Positions 29,909 to 39,793 of a stretch of DNA of 64,000 nt are shown in pieces. The position numbers were made by a program, and so were the translations under genes. Each line of letters begins with the position of its first letter. Positions within the stretch are counted from its first letter, which is position 1. This stretch comes from Alphaproteobacteria bacterium (GTDB lineage Bacteria > Pseudomonadota > Alphaproteobacteria > UBA8366 > Aestuariispiraceae). The DNA is taken from assembly GCA_040222995.1 (NCBI GenBank), contig JAVKBW010000008.1, forward strand, positions 12,729 to 76,728, written 5' to 3'. Under the pieces are notes generated by a model. It had not been told where the DNA came from. It ran no database searches and saw only the letters and a list, made by a program, of their open reading frames with translations.

Positions 29909-31225
29909 ATGAACATCATCTTCTTCGCCATGGTCGCGATTGCGTTTCTGGTCGCCGCCTACCATCAGATCACCTGGGTGCCGCCGGTCAGCGATGCGAT
30001 TGCCGCCAGCCCGATGGAGAAGCTCGGCACCGGCATGATCGAGACAGCGGATGTGTCGGTCACGCTGGCCATCGGCCTGATCGGCGTGATGGCCCTGTTC
30101 CTCGGCCTGATGAAGGTGGCGGAGGCCGGCGGCCTGCTGGTCATCATCGCGAAACTGCTGCGGCCGCTGATGAAACGCCTGTTCCCCGACGTGCCGGCCG
30201 ACCACCCGGCGATGGGCGCGATGATCATGAACCTGTCGGCCAATGTCATGGGGCTGGGCAACGCGGCGACGCCGTTCGGCATTCGCGCCATGCAGGAACT
30301 CGACAAGCTGAACCCGCACAAGGGCTGCGCCACCAACGCGATGGCGCTGTTTCTGGCGATCAATACATCCAGCGTCACCATATTGCCGACCGGGGTGATC
30401 GCCATTCGCGCCGCCGCCGGGTCCGCCGATCCGGCGGGGATCGTCCCCACCACCCTGGTCGCCACCATCTGTTCGACCACCATGGCCATCGTCATGGCGA
30501 AACTGCTGCAGCGGTATTTCCCGGCAGGCCCGGTCGCCGGCAGGGAGCCATCCGAGGCCGAACCGGAACAGCCGGAACCCGCATCGCCTTCCGCCGACCT
30601 GTCGCAAGCGTCGGAAGCCTATCCGATATGGGTCTCGGCGCTGGCGCTGGCCTGCCTGATTGGCCTTGTGCCGCTGACGGTCGCCTACGGCAAGACCATC
30701 GCGCCGTGGATCATCCCCGGCCTGATGATCGCGCTGCTGAGTTTCGGCATGGCGAAGAAGGTGCCGATCTATGAAAGTTTCGTCGAGGGCGCGAAGGACG
30801 GGTTTCAGGTCGCGGTGCGCATCATCCCCTATCTCGTCGCCATTCTGGTGGCGGTCGGCATGTTCCGCGCCAGCGGGGCGATGGAACTGTTGATCGTGCC
30901 GCTGTCGGTCATCACCGAACCGCTCGGCATGCCGGCGGAAGCCCTGCCGATGGCGCTGCTGAGACCGCTCAGCGGCTCCGGCGCGTACGGCATTATGGCG
31001 TCGATCATCAACGACCCGGATGTCGGGCCGGATTCCTATACCGGCTATCTGGTGAGCACGTTACAGGGGTCGACCGAAACCACCTTCTACGTGCTGGCGG
31101 TGTATTTCGGCGCGGTGCAGATCAAGCGCATCCGCCACGCGCTGGCCGCCGCACTTTCCGCCGATCTGGTCGGCATCGTTGCAGCCGTGGTGATTTGCTC
31201 TATTTTATACGGAACACTCGCCTGA
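29909..31225 (+). CDS. Nucleoside-recognition (Gate) domain membrane protein, SpmA/SpmB-like fusion
   Basis: 438-aa polytopic membrane protein with two Gate-like halves, including NVMGLGNAATPFGIRAM, a typical SpmA motif. Confidence 0.7.
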   Translation: MNIIFFAMVAIAFLVAAYHQITWVPPVSDAIAASPMEKLGTGMIETADVSVTLAIGLIGVMALFLGLMKVAEAGGLLVIIAKLLRPLMKRLFPDVPADHPAMGAMIMNLSANVMGLGNAATPFGIRAMQELDKLNPHKGCATNAMALFLAINTSSVTILPTGVIAIRAAAGSADPAGIVPTTLVATICSTTMAIVMAKLLQRYFPAGPVAGREPSEAEPEQPEPASPSADLSQASEAYPIWVSALALACLIGLVPLTVAYGKTIAPWIIPGLMIALLSFGMAKKVPIYESFVEGAKDGFQVAVRIIPYLVAILVAVGMFRASGAMELLIVPLSVITEPLGMPAEALPMALLRPLSGSGAYGIMASIINDPDVGPDSYTGYLVSTLQGSTETTFYVLAVYFGAVQIKRIRHALAAALSADLVGIVAAVVICSILYGTLA

Positions 31226-31240
31226 TCAGGAGGACTTACC

Positions 31241-31729
31241 ATGAGCGACCGTATCTGGAGCGTCTATCTTTCCGGGGAAATCCACAGCGACTGGCGCGAG
31301 CGCATTGAAACGGGCATTGCCGATGCCGGCCTGCCGGTCGAACTGACAAGCCCGGTGACCGTGCATGAGGATTCCGACGATTGCGGTGTGGCGATTTTCG
31401 GCGCGGAACAGGACAAGTTCTGGCACGACCGCAAGGGCGCGCAACTGAACGCTATTCGCACCCGCACGCTGATCGAGGAAGCCGATCTGGTCGTCGTGCG
31501 CTTCGGCGAAAAGTACAAGCAGTGGAACGCCGCCTTTGATGCCGGCTTCGCCGCAGCCCTCGGCACGCCCTACATCACCCTGCACCCGACCGACCACGAC
31601 CATGCGCTGAAGGAAGTTGACGGGGCGGCGATGGCGGTAGCCCGCGAACCAGAACAGGTGGTGCAGGCTTTGGCCTACATCATCCGCGGCGAGATGCCGA
31701 AGGCGTCGGCCAAAGCAGCGGCGGAGTAA
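31241..31729 (+). CDS. YtoQ-family protein
   Basis: WSVYLSGEIHSDWRERI...GAEQDKFWHDRKGA...VVVRFGEKYKQWNAAFDAG matches the YtoQ family pattern. Confidence 0.7.
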   Translation: MSDRIWSVYLSGEIHSDWRERIETGIADAGLPVELTSPVTVHEDSDDCGVAIFGAEQDKFWHDRKGAQLNAIRTRTLIEEADLVVVRFGEKYKQWNAAFDAGFAAALGTPYITLHPTDHDHALKEVDGAAMAVAREPEQVVQALAYIIRGEMPKASAKAAAE

Positions 31730-31743
31730 GTCGCAACGCCGAT

Positions 31744-31921
31744 CCCCGGGCGAAGACCCGGGGTCCATTCCTGCGGCCCGTGAGCAAGCGAAGACGACAA
31801 CGGAATAGGTCCCGCATCAAGTGCGGGACTCTTGCTTTTAGAATTAAATGAACGTTCCCCGGGACTGAGCCGGGGTCTTTCGACGTATCCTGATAAAGAT
31901 CCCGGATCGGGTCCGGGAATC
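31744..31921. repeat. Cluster of four short GC hairpins (REP-like)
   Basis: CCCCGGGcgaagaCCCGGGG (31744-31763), GTCCCGCatcaagtGCGGGAC (31809-31829), CCCCGGgactgagCCGGGG (31857-31875) and TCCCGGAtcgggTCCGGGA (31900-31918). Confidence 0.65.
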
Positions 31922-31938
31922 GCATGAAAACGATATCT

Positions 31939-32058
31939 CCACCCTCACCCTCCGCCTGCAAACGCAGGCTCCCCCCTCTCCCGCCTGCGGGCGAGGGGAT
32001 TTTACTAGTCCTCGTAGCTCCTTCTCCCGCTGGCGGGAGAAGGTTGGGATGAGGGTGG
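31939..32058. repeat. Composite palindromic intergenic element, copy 3
   Basis: It has the same termini and hairpin order as 24005-24127. The first about 45 nt and last about 40 nt are almost identical. It ends 4 nt before the stop of the convergent dehydrogenase gene. Confidence 0.85.
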
Positions 32059-32062
32059 ATGC

Positions 32063-33079
32063 TCAATACCCCAGCGCAGGATCAATCGGGTTCATGACGG
32101 GTTTGCCGTCGAGAAACAGGGTCATGTTGCGGAAAAACAGGTCGAGGGTCATCGGCACATAGGCGTCGCCGTCATCGGCCGAGACATGCGGCGTGACGAT
32201 GAGGTTTTTCGTGTGCCAGAGGCGCGATTCCGGGGCAATCGGTTCCGGGTCGAACACATCGAGGATCGCCCCGGCGAGACTGCCTTCTTCCAGTTTGTCG
32301 CAAAGCGCATCGTAATCCATGATCGACTCGCGGCCGATATTGACGATCCCCGCCGTCGGTTTCAGCAAATCGAGCCGGCGCCGGTCGAACAGGCCGCGGG
32401 TTTCCGGCGTATCGGGTGTCGCCAGAAAAACGTAGTCGGCGCGCGGTAACACGCTGTCAAGTTCACCCACCGACACAACCTCGTCACAGTCGTCGACGGC
32501 GCGGCCATGCCGGTTGACGCCGATGACATGGACGCCGAGATCATGCACCCGTTTCGCCGTCGACCCGCCCAGGCTGCCGGTGCCGACAACCACCAGGGTT
32601 TTTCCGGCAATCGGCGAGGCGAACAGGGAATCGTAGACCGCATGGCGCTGGTTGGTGACGATAGCCGGCATATGCGAGTGCAGCATCAGGACGCTCATCA
32701 GGCCGAATTCGCCCGCCTTTGCGGCATGCACGCCCTTGTTGTTGGTCAGCGTCACGCCTTTGGGCAGCCAGTCGAGCGGCAGCAGGTGTTCAACCCCCGC
32801 CCCGATGATATGAATCCATTTCAGCTTCGGCGCGATGGCGGCCAGGTTTTCCGTCGGCAGGTTCCAGCACAATAATACGTCCGCATCGGCCATTGAGGCC
32901 TCAAAATTGTCGGTGTCCCAGTCGATGGTCGCGTCGATCTTCCCGGCAAGCCCCGGCATCTGCGCCAAAGCCGTATTGAACCGCTCTTTCGTGATGGTGA
33001 AGACGGCCTCGCCTTCCGGCGTGTTGGGAAACGAGCCGGCGGCCCAGCGGTTGTTTTTTACATGTACTTTGACGCCCAT
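32063..33079 (-). CDS. D-2-hydroxyacid dehydrogenase family protein
   Basis: NAD loop VVVGTGSLGGSTAKRV, NIGRE (the NxxRG equivalent) and a TPHVSA catalytic His region. Confidence 0.8.
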   Translation of the reverse strand: MGVKVHVKNNRWAAGSFPNTPEGEAVFTITKERFNTALAQMPGLAGKIDATIDWDTDNFEASMADADVLLCWNLPTENLAAIAPKLKWIHIIGAGVEHLLPLDWLPKGVTLTNNKGVHAAKAGEFGLMSVLMLHSHMPAIVTNQRHAVYDSLFASPIAGKTLVVVGTGSLGGSTAKRVHDLGVHVIGVNRHGRAVDDCDEVVSVGELDSVLPRADYVFLATPDTPETRGLFDRRRLDLLKPTAGIVNIGRESIMDYDALCDKLEEGSLAGAILDVFDPEPIAPESRLWHTKNLIVTPHVSADDGDAYVPMTLDLFFRNMTLFLDGKPVMNPIDPALGY

Positions 33080-33157
33080 TGGCGAAGTCCTCGTCTGTCC
33101 TGATTGCGATCCGGCTCATACCAGAATTAATTCGCTTTCGGGTCAAACGAGTAATTC

Positions 33158-34078
33158 TTACGGGGACACGGCGATTCGGTCTGCTTCCGACGGGACCGCA
33201 ACCCAGTTCCGGAACCGTCTTACCCTGTCCATGTGTGCGGTATTCGGTGGAAAAACAAGATAGTAGGAAAACTGATGCCGAACCACTGTATCGGACAGCC
33301 GGACAAGCCTTCCCGATTTCAGATCCGCTTCTGCAAGCTCTAGATATCCGATGGCGATTCCGGCCCCGTCCGCCGCCGCCTGCAGGGCGAAACTGGGATC
33401 TGCGAAGGAAAGACCGAACAGTTCCGGCGGCGGCGTCACCCCCGCGCCTTCCAGCCACAACCGCCATTCCTCACCAAAAGAATGGCCGGCAATATCCGCA
33501 TGCAGCAGCTTGTGCTTCAAAATGATGTCGGCATCGACCGGCGCGACCGACGCCAATGGATGATCCGGCGAACAGAGCGGCGTCAGATGGATCGGCAGCA
33601 AAGGCTCGGCGACCAGCCCTTCCCAGGGCGGCACACCGCAGCGCACCGCCACATCCGCCTCGCCTGACAGTAGATTCAGATATCCGAGGGTCGGCTTGAA
33701 ATGGATATCGAGTTCGGTTTCCTCCGGCGTCCAGTTCTTCAGGCGCGGCGTCAGCCATTTCGCCGTGAAGGATGGCGTTGCGGTCACGATCAGCCGCCGG
33801 CTCTCGTCCGTGCGGGTCAGTGTTTCGAGCGCTTTTTCGATACTGTCGAAGGACTGGGTCAGGGCCGGTACGAGAAGCTTCGCCGCATCGGTCAGTTCAA
33901 TGCCGCGGTTGGTCCGGTCAAACAGCCGACGCCCCAGAATATCCTCAAGCGATCTGATCTGCTGGCTGATCGCACTGTGAGTCACCAGCAGTTCATCCGC
34001 CGCCGCCGAAAAGCTGCCGAGCCGCGCCGCAACCTCAAACGCGCGCAGTGCGTGCAGGGGTGTATTGCGTCGATTCAT
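33158..34078 (-). CDS. LysR-family transcriptional regulator (GcvA-like)
   Basis: The N-terminal HTH reads LHALRAFEVAARLGSFSAAADELLVTHSAISQQIRSLE. It is divergent from the Rieske oxygenase gene. Confidence 0.88.
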   Translation of the reverse strand: MNRRNTPLHALRAFEVAARLGSFSAAADELLVTHSAISQQIRSLEDILGRRLFDRTNRGIELTDAAKLLVPALTQSFDSIEKALETLTRTDESRRLIVTATPSFTAKWLTPRLKNWTPEETELDIHFKPTLGYLNLLSGEADVAVRCGVPPWEGLVAEPLLPIHLTPLCSPDHPLASVAPVDADIILKHKLLHADIAGHSFGEEWRLWLEGAGVTPPPELFGLSFADPSFALQAAADGAGIAIGYLELAEADLKSGRLVRLSDTVVRHQFSYYLVFPPNTAHMDRVRRFRNWVAVPSEADRIAVSP

Positions 34079-34194
34079 TGTTCGTCCCGCCCCCTTCGGA
34101 TGTAAGATTACCTTACATCAAAGACGACAATTTCTCGATACACAATAGACTTCGGACTCCTCTATTCTGTCGCCGGTATATACAGGAGGAATAC

Positions 34195-35544
34195 ATGCCG
34201 GACTCGACGACCAGGCCGTCAACCAACCCGAAGCCGAACAGTGGCTATCATCAGAGCCTGCCGGGTACGTCGGACACGCTACTGACGCAGATCGGCCCCG
34301 GCACACCGGGCGGTGAATATCTGCGCCGGTACTGGCAGCCGGTCGCGCTGGTATCGGATATCGGGGAGCTGCCGACGCCGCTGCGTATTCTCGGCGAAGA
34401 CCTGATCCTGTTTCGCGACCTGTCCGGCCGCATCGGCCTAGTACACAAAAACTGCCCGCATCGCCGCGCCTCGCTGGAATACGGCAAGTGTGAGACCCGG
34501 GGCATCCGCTGCTGCTATCACGGCTGGCTGTTCGACACCGACGGCACGGTGCTGGAAGTACCGGGGCAGCCCGACGGCATTGAGGACAAGGTGAAGAACG
34601 CGGTCAGCCTCGGCGCCTATCCCGTGCACGAATACAAGGGCATCGTGTTCGCCTATCTCGGCCCGCCGGAAAAACAGCCGGCCTTTCCCGTCTACGACAC
34701 GATGGAGATCCCGGGCCAGATCATGCGGCCCTACAAAGCCCCCTTTAACTGTAACTGGCTGCAGGTGCTGGACGCGATACTCGACCCGATCCACACCGCT
34801 TTCCTGCATTCACGGATCAGCCGCGAACAGTTTTCCGAAGGCTTCGGCGAGATCGGAGAAATGGAATTCTTCGAACGCTTCATGTCCTATCTCGGCACCG
34901 CAACCAGACGGGTGGGCGACAATATCTGGGTGCGGGTGAACGAACTGGTTCTGCCGAACTTCACCCAGGCCGGGGCCGCCTTCGCCGCCGACGGCACCAA
35001 ACCGCGGTATTTCGGGCGTTCAGCGTTTTCACGCTGGGTCGTGCCGGTGGATGACGAACACACGATCTGCATCGCCTGGGCGAATTTCGGCGAGCGCGGC
35101 GACCCGGTCGAATATGACACGCCGGAAGGACCGGAACTGATCGAACAGGGAGAAGTGTTCGACCGCACGCCGGAACAGCGCCAGCGTTTTCCCGCGGATG
35201 CCGAAGCCACCGAGGGCATGGGGCCGATTACCGAGCATTCGAAGGAATACCTGGTGCCCAGCGACAAGGGCATCGTTACCTACCGCCGAAAATTGCGGAA
35301 AATCATTAAGGCGCTGCAGGACGGAACTGAACCCGGCCATCTTACGGAACGCCATAACGGCACGGTGCCGACCTATGGCGGCGATACGGTTCTGGCCATC
35401 GGAAAGGACAAGACGGACGATGCCGCCCTGCTGCGCAAGGTCGGCCGGCAGGCAATGGACATCCAGTTCGCGGCGGAACACCTGCACGGCGAAGAGCGCG
35501 ACGAGGACGTCATGGAAAAGCTGAAGGAACTGGAACGCGGCTAG
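34195..35544 (+). CDS. Rieske [2Fe-2S] aromatic-ring-hydroxylating oxygenase, alpha subunit
   Basis: The Rieske motif is CPHRRASLEYG...CCYHGW, with a downstream non-haem iron site (DPIHTAFLH). The ATG at 34195 is preceded by AGGAGGA. Confidence 0.85.
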   Translation: MPDSTTRPSTNPKPNSGYHQSLPGTSDTLLTQIGPGTPGGEYLRRYWQPVALVSDIGELPTPLRILGEDLILFRDLSGRIGLVHKNCPHRRASLEYGKCETRGIRCCYHGWLFDTDGTVLEVPGQPDGIEDKVKNAVSLGAYPVHEYKGIVFAYLGPPEKQPAFPVYDTMEIPGQIMRPYKAPFNCNWLQVLDAILDPIHTAFLHSRISREQFSEGFGEIGEMEFFERFMSYLGTATRRVGDNIWVRVNELVLPNFTQAGAAFAADGTKPRYFGRSAFSRWVVPVDDEHTICIAWANFGERGDPVEYDTPEGPELIEQGEVFDRTPEQRQRFPADAEATEGMGPITEHSKEYLVPSDKGIVTYRRKLRKIIKALQDGTEPGHLTERHNGTVPTYGGDTVLAIGKDKTDDAALLRKVGRQAMDIQFAAEHLHGEERDEDVMEKLKELERG

Positions 35545-35799
35545 GCCGTAAACTCGTAAACGAGAGAGGATTTTGCCCGTGACGGATCTGGATGGACCGG
35601 ACGTCTGGCGGTTGCGGCGCGATGCAGCGGCATCGGGCAAGATCGACAGGCGGTCGGCGCGCCAGATCCGCCGGGCCGGAACGGCTGGCCGGTCGGCCCG
35701 CCTCTGCGTCGTCAATCCGCCTTGCCGATGCGCAGGCATCGCCTGCGGCGCATTTCCTGGCATTGACAGGCCGAACCGGTCAGCAAAAACTCTCTTCGT

Positions 35800-36192
35800 T
35801 TATGAGTCTACGGCCTGGTCTTCTGTCCGGTCCCGTTCGTACCGGTGCGACACCGGAAACGGCGGCAGCCAGGCCTCGCGGCGGATGGTCCAGCTTTCAT
35901 AGGTCGGGGTAAACCGGTCCGGCGCGTCCAGTGAGCCCAGATGCACCTCGATTTCATCGCCGGTGCGGGCAAAGACCGACGAGCCGCAGGCGGGGCAGAA
36001 ATGCCGTCCCTTGTAATCGTTAGTTTCGCCTTCAATCGTTACCGCATCCTGCGGGAACACGGCGGCGGCATAGAACAGCGCGCCGTGATGCTTGCGGCAA
36101 TCGAGACAATGGCAGATGCCGACCCGGTCCGGGCGTCCCGATGCCTCGATCCGCACCTTGCCGCACTGGCAACCACCGGTGAAGCGATCCAT
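35800..36192 (-). CDS. GFA-family (glutathione-dependent formaldehyde-activating-like) zinc protein
   Basis: GGCQCGKVRIE...CHCLDCRKHHG...FCPACGS is the characteristic GFA/CENP-V cysteine pattern. Confidence 0.8.
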   Translation of the reverse strand: MDRFTGGCQCGKVRIEASGRPDRVGICHCLDCRKHHGALFYAAAVFPQDAVTIEGETNDYKGRHFCPACGSSVFARTGDEIEVHLGSLDAPDRFTPTYESWTIRREAWLPPFPVSHRYERDRTEDQAVDS

Positions 36193-36438
36193 GCCGCGCC
36201 TCCTACAGACAATGAAAAGAGCAATCAGTTAAAACGAACGAAAACGACAAGGCAATCAGCCACCAGGGACAAAGCCAGAGTCACGCCGGTTTGGCGTTAA
36301 TGGCATAGGCAACGCCCGATTACGTCAATGCGCGACAATTTCACCCGGTTTTTGCCACCGAGTTCATGTATTGTCGGATTCTGCACTAGCACTGGCTTTC
36401 GAAAAAACGCACGTGGCAAACACGAACCGAGGAATGAC

Positions 36439-36735
36439 ATGATTGAATTTGAAAAAGCGAAGCTCGACCCGGGTTCTCACTTCCGAAAGCCGGGCGATGT
36501 GTTGGCAAGCTCGGACTTCAGTAATGTTCAGAAGATCGAAATACTTCGCCGCTGGGAGTACGATGCCAATGAATTGGCCGTTGCAGAAGAAGAAGGACTG
36601 ACTGGTGGTGAACCTTCGATGCTTGAACAGATACTGAAAGCACTAGAAACGCTTGTGGAGCATATCGATACCGAGCATTCCCCGCCTACTAAGCAACATG
36701 GCCTATCCCAAGAGGATTTGAAGAGGTTAAGATAA
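36439..36735 (+). CDS. Hypothetical acidic protein (98 aa)
   Basis: ATG at 36439. The composition is lower in GC than the flanks and I recognised no motif. Confidence 0.45.
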   Translation: MIEFEKAKLDPGSHFRKPGDVLASSDFSNVQKIEILRRWEYDANELAVAEEEGLTGGEPSMLEQILKALETLVEHIDTEHSPPTKQHGLSQEDLKRLR

Positions 36736-36903
36736 CGCGGCAACCAGTTAAACGTCAGAGTTGCCCTCCGTTTTATTCAACCAAAAAAAGCCGATCCTTC
36801 GGTTTTTACCAACAAAAATTCCACCACGGTTTGATTCGCATCAAGGCGAGATCCCACTCGCCCCGGCAGTATTCAGCTTTTAGCGGATAATCAGGAGAGT
36901 CCA

Positions 36904-37473
36904 GTGTCAGACCAACAGAGTGAAGCAAACGTTCGGGAAGCAGTTGGTGTCTTCAACAATGCTGATTCCCTTGTAGCAGCAATCGACGAGCTCCAGAGTT
37001 CTGGATTCGATCGAGCTGAAATCAGTCTTCTCGCCAGCGAATCTGCCGTGCAGGAGAAACTGGGCCACATGTATGAAAAGGTGAGCGACCTGGAGGACGA
37101 CCCCGCGGCACCCCGAACAGCCTATGTTTCAACAGAATCAATTGGCGATGCCAAAGGCAGCCTGATTGGCGGGTTGATCTATGTCGGCGCCATGGCCGCA
37201 GTGGGATCAATAGTCGCTTCAGGAGGTTCACTCGGAATTGCCCTGATAGGGGCGACAGCACTCGGCGGGACAGGAGGATTTATTGGCGCAATCCTCGCTG
37301 AATGGGTCGGCAAGCATCATGCTGATTTTCTGCAGGAACAATTGGATCATGGAGGATTAATCCTCTGGGTTCGTACACGGGATGAAACCCATGAAAAGCG
37401 CGCAACGAAAATATTATCATCGCATTCCGCCTATGACGTTCATGTCCATGGCCGACCTAATATGAGCAGCTAG
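36904..37473 (+). CDS. Hypothetical membrane protein; N-terminal domain resembles YflT/general-stress-17M, followed by glycine-zipper TM segments
   Basis: The GTG at 36904 is preceded by AGGAGA. AVGVFNNADSLVAAIDELQSSGFDRAEISLLAS is followed by GGLIYVGAMAAVGSIVASGGSLGIALIGATALGGTGGFIGAIL. Confidence 0.5.
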   Translation: MSDQQSEANVREAVGVFNNADSLVAAIDELQSSGFDRAEISLLASESAVQEKLGHMYEKVSDLEDDPAAPRTAYVSTESIGDAKGSLIGGLIYVGAMAAVGSIVASGGSLGIALIGATALGGTGGFIGAILAEWVGKHHADFLQEQLDHGGLILWVRTRDETHEKRATKILSSHSAYDVHVHGRPNMSS

Positions 37474-37561
37474 TTTAACGCGTTACAGACGGAAACAGAC
37501 CATTATCCAGCCAATACCCACCTCCAATGCACCGACAGGTTCGGACACAAGGCATCAGTGA

Positions 37562-37972
37562 ATGACGGCAAGCAACGCAACGGAAGATGCATTAAGGGAA
37601 GCGTTGCTGGACGAATACAAGGCACGTGCCACCTACAGAAAGGTTATCGAGACCTTCGGAGAAATTCGGCCTTTCATCAATATCGTCGAGGCGGAGGACC
37701 GTCATGCCGCAGCACTGCTAAGGCAGTTCAAACGCCTCAATCTGGATCCTCCGGAGGATCAATGGAAAGGCAATGTGGCGGCTCCGGCGTCGATTATGGA
37801 AGCCTGCAAAGCCGCTGTCGCCGACGAAATCAACAATGCGGAAATGTACAATCGGCTGCTGGCAACAGTTGATGATCCAACCGTCAAGAAGGTTCTTCTT
37901 AATCTTCAGGCTGCTTCACAAGATCGCCATCTGCCGGCTTTTCGCCGTTGTCTCGCCAGAGAGGCATCATGA
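37562..37972 (+). CDS. Ferritin-like (DUF2202-like) protein
   Basis: LDEYKARATYRKVIETFGEIRPFINIVEAEDRHAAAL...ADEINNAEMYNRLL...ASQDRHLPAFRRC shows a four-helix diiron-type E..H spacing. Confidence 0.6.
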   Translation: MTASNATEDALREALLDEYKARATYRKVIETFGEIRPFINIVEAEDRHAAALLRQFKRLNLDPPEDQWKGNVAAPASIMEACKAAVADEINNAEMYNRLLATVDDPTVKKVLLNLQAASQDRHLPAFRRCLAREAS

Positions 37973-38039
37973 TGGCACGCATCGAATAACGGTATTCGTT
38001 GCTATCTCGATCAGAAGCGGAACGGTTTCCCGAATACTG

Positions 38040-38405
38040 CTATGCCGGTTCCGCGTAATAGGCCAGGCGTTCGAAGCGCACCCCGGTCTCGTCGAAATGA
38101 ACCAACGCGGCTCCTTCCAGCGGCGTTTCGCCAGCCTGCCACCAGCACCAGCAGACATGCGGGGTGACGGAAGTATCGATTGCCCGGTGCCGATAGACCA
38201 GAAACGGCGACGGTATGACACCATCATTCAATTCCGCAGCGGCGGCTTTGAAGTCTTCGACAAACTTGATGAAGGTTTCCGGCGTTATCATGCCGGTCGC
38301 CGGATCGTCATATCGGAAATCCGGCGTAACGGCCTGCAGACTGAGAGATGGGTCGCCCAGCCGCCAGCCTTCGAGATAGATTTCCAGCGTTTCCTGAGCA
38401 CTCAT
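38040..38405 (-). CDS. SnoaL/NTF2-like fold protein
   Basis: 121 aa. The MSAQETLEIYLEGWRLGD... start is typical of SnoaL-like proteins. It lies immediately downstream of the GS-like pair. The assignment is tentative. Confidence 0.5.
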   Translation of the reverse strand: MSAQETLEIYLEGWRLGDPSLSLQAVTPDFRYDDPATGMITPETFIKFVEDFKAAAAELNDGVIPSPFLVYRHRAIDTSVTPHVCWCWWQAGETPLEGAALVHFDETGVRFERLAYYAEPA

Positions 38406-38414
38406 AAAAGCCTC

Positions 38415-39782
38415 CTACAGATACCACTCGAATTCCCGCCGCAACGGCACCGCCATCAGCGCATCGAATTCGTTGTCCTTCACGGCCTTGTAGATCGAGA
38501 CATAGTCGTCGCCGAAATAGTCGCGGAGGACCGGCGCATGGTCGAGCTGGTTCAGCGCATCCCACAGTTTGAAGGGAATGTCGTCGGCCATTTTTTCGCC
38601 CGCATTGCCGTGGCGCGGCCCCGTTTCCGGTTCCAGTTTATTTGTGATGCCGTAGTGAATGCCGGCCAGAATGCAGGCGAGCACCAGATGCGGGTTGGCG
38701 TCGGCCCCGGCGATGCGGTGTTCGATCCGCCGGCCCGCACCGGTGTCGCTCGGGATACGGAAGGCGAGCGAGCGGTTGTCGTAGCCCCAGTCTTTCGTCA
38801 CCGGCGTGAAGTTATTGGCGGCGAAGCGGCGGTAAGAATTCAGGCTGGGCGCAAGGAACGCCATCGATTCCGCCATCGTCGCCTGCAATCCGGCCATGGC
38901 GTGACGCATCACCGTCTCGTCCGGGTCGAGTTCCTCGTCGAAAATGTTCCTGCTGTCGTCGTTCAGGAAACTGGAATGAACATGCAGACCGCTGCCGGCC
39001 GAATCCGGATACGGCTTTGCCAGAAATGTGGCATCGAGGCCGTGACGCCGCGCCACCGACTTGATGCAGCGGCGCATCAGGCAGGCATGGTCGCCCGCGA
39101 CGACCGGGTTTTCGACATGCCGCAGGTTCAGCTCGAACTGGCCGGGCGCATATTCGCTGGACGCCACCGATGTCGGCACGTTCTGCGCCAGGCAGGTCTG
39201 TTCCATCTCGATCAGAATTTCGGCGAAGTCTTCCAGCTTTTCCATGCCGTAGACCTTGGTCGCTGTCTGCGGAATACCCGAACGCGGGGTGATCGGCGGT
39301 TTCGGCCCCTTGTCTTCGGTGCGCTGCGGGTCGATCAGAAAGAATTCAAGCTCGGTCGCGCAGATCGGCCGCAGCCCGTCAGCGGTGAAGCGGTCGACGA
39401 CTTTCTGCAGAACCACGCGCGGATCGAACCAAAGTGGCTGATCATCGACGGGGTCACGCATGTCGATCTGCACCTGGGCGACCGGCACCGGGCTCCACGG
39501 CATCGGCACCAGCGTGCCGGGAATGGGAACGCCGTAGCCGTCGGGGTCGCCGTCACTGAAACCATACCCCATCGGGTCTGAACAGTTGCCCGTCACATCC
39601 AGCACGAACAGCGACTTGGTGGCCTTGAACCCGCCGTTATAGATTTTTTCCAGATCGGCAATCGGATACCGCTTGCCCAGCGCGCCGCCGCAGATATCGA
39701 ACACCACCGTATCGATGTAACGGGTTTCGGGGTGTTTCTGGAGGAATGCGTGAACCTCTTCGGGAAGGGAACCGTCTGCCAT
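38415..39782 (-). CDS. Glutamine synthetase-family ligase (gamma-glutamyl-amine synthetase-like), paralogue 1
   Basis: TELEFFLIDP, SEYAPGQFELNL, FLAKPY...GSGLHVHSS and NRSLAFRIP are GS catalytic-domain motifs. ATG at 39782. Confidence 0.88.
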   Translation of the reverse strand: MADGSLPEEVHAFLQKHPETRYIDTVVFDICGGALGKRYPIADLEKIYNGGFKATKSLFVLDVTGNCSDPMGYGFSDGDPDGYGVPIPGTLVPMPWSPVPVAQVQIDMRDPVDDQPLWFDPRVVLQKVVDRFTADGLRPICATELEFFLIDPQRTEDKGPKPPITPRSGIPQTATKVYGMEKLEDFAEILIEMEQTCLAQNVPTSVASSEYAPGQFELNLRHVENPVVAGDHACLMRRCIKSVARRHGLDATFLAKPYPDSAGSGLHVHSSFLNDDSRNIFDEELDPDETVMRHAMAGLQATMAESMAFLAPSLNSYRRFAANNFTPVTKDWGYDNRSLAFRIPSDTGAGRRIEHRIAGADANPHLVLACILAGIHYGITNKLEPETGPRHGNAGEKMADDIPFKLWDALNQLDHAPVLRDYFGDDYVSIYKAVKDNEFDALMAVPLRREFEWYL

Positions 39783-39793
39783 TTCTTGTGTCC

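Noticed and set aside
24005-32058. Could the recurring roughly 120-nt repeats be a CRISPR array?
   Set aside because: The copies are kilobases apart and separated by ordinary genes. One copy is inverted, each is internally palindromic with terminal inverted repeats, and no cas genes are present.
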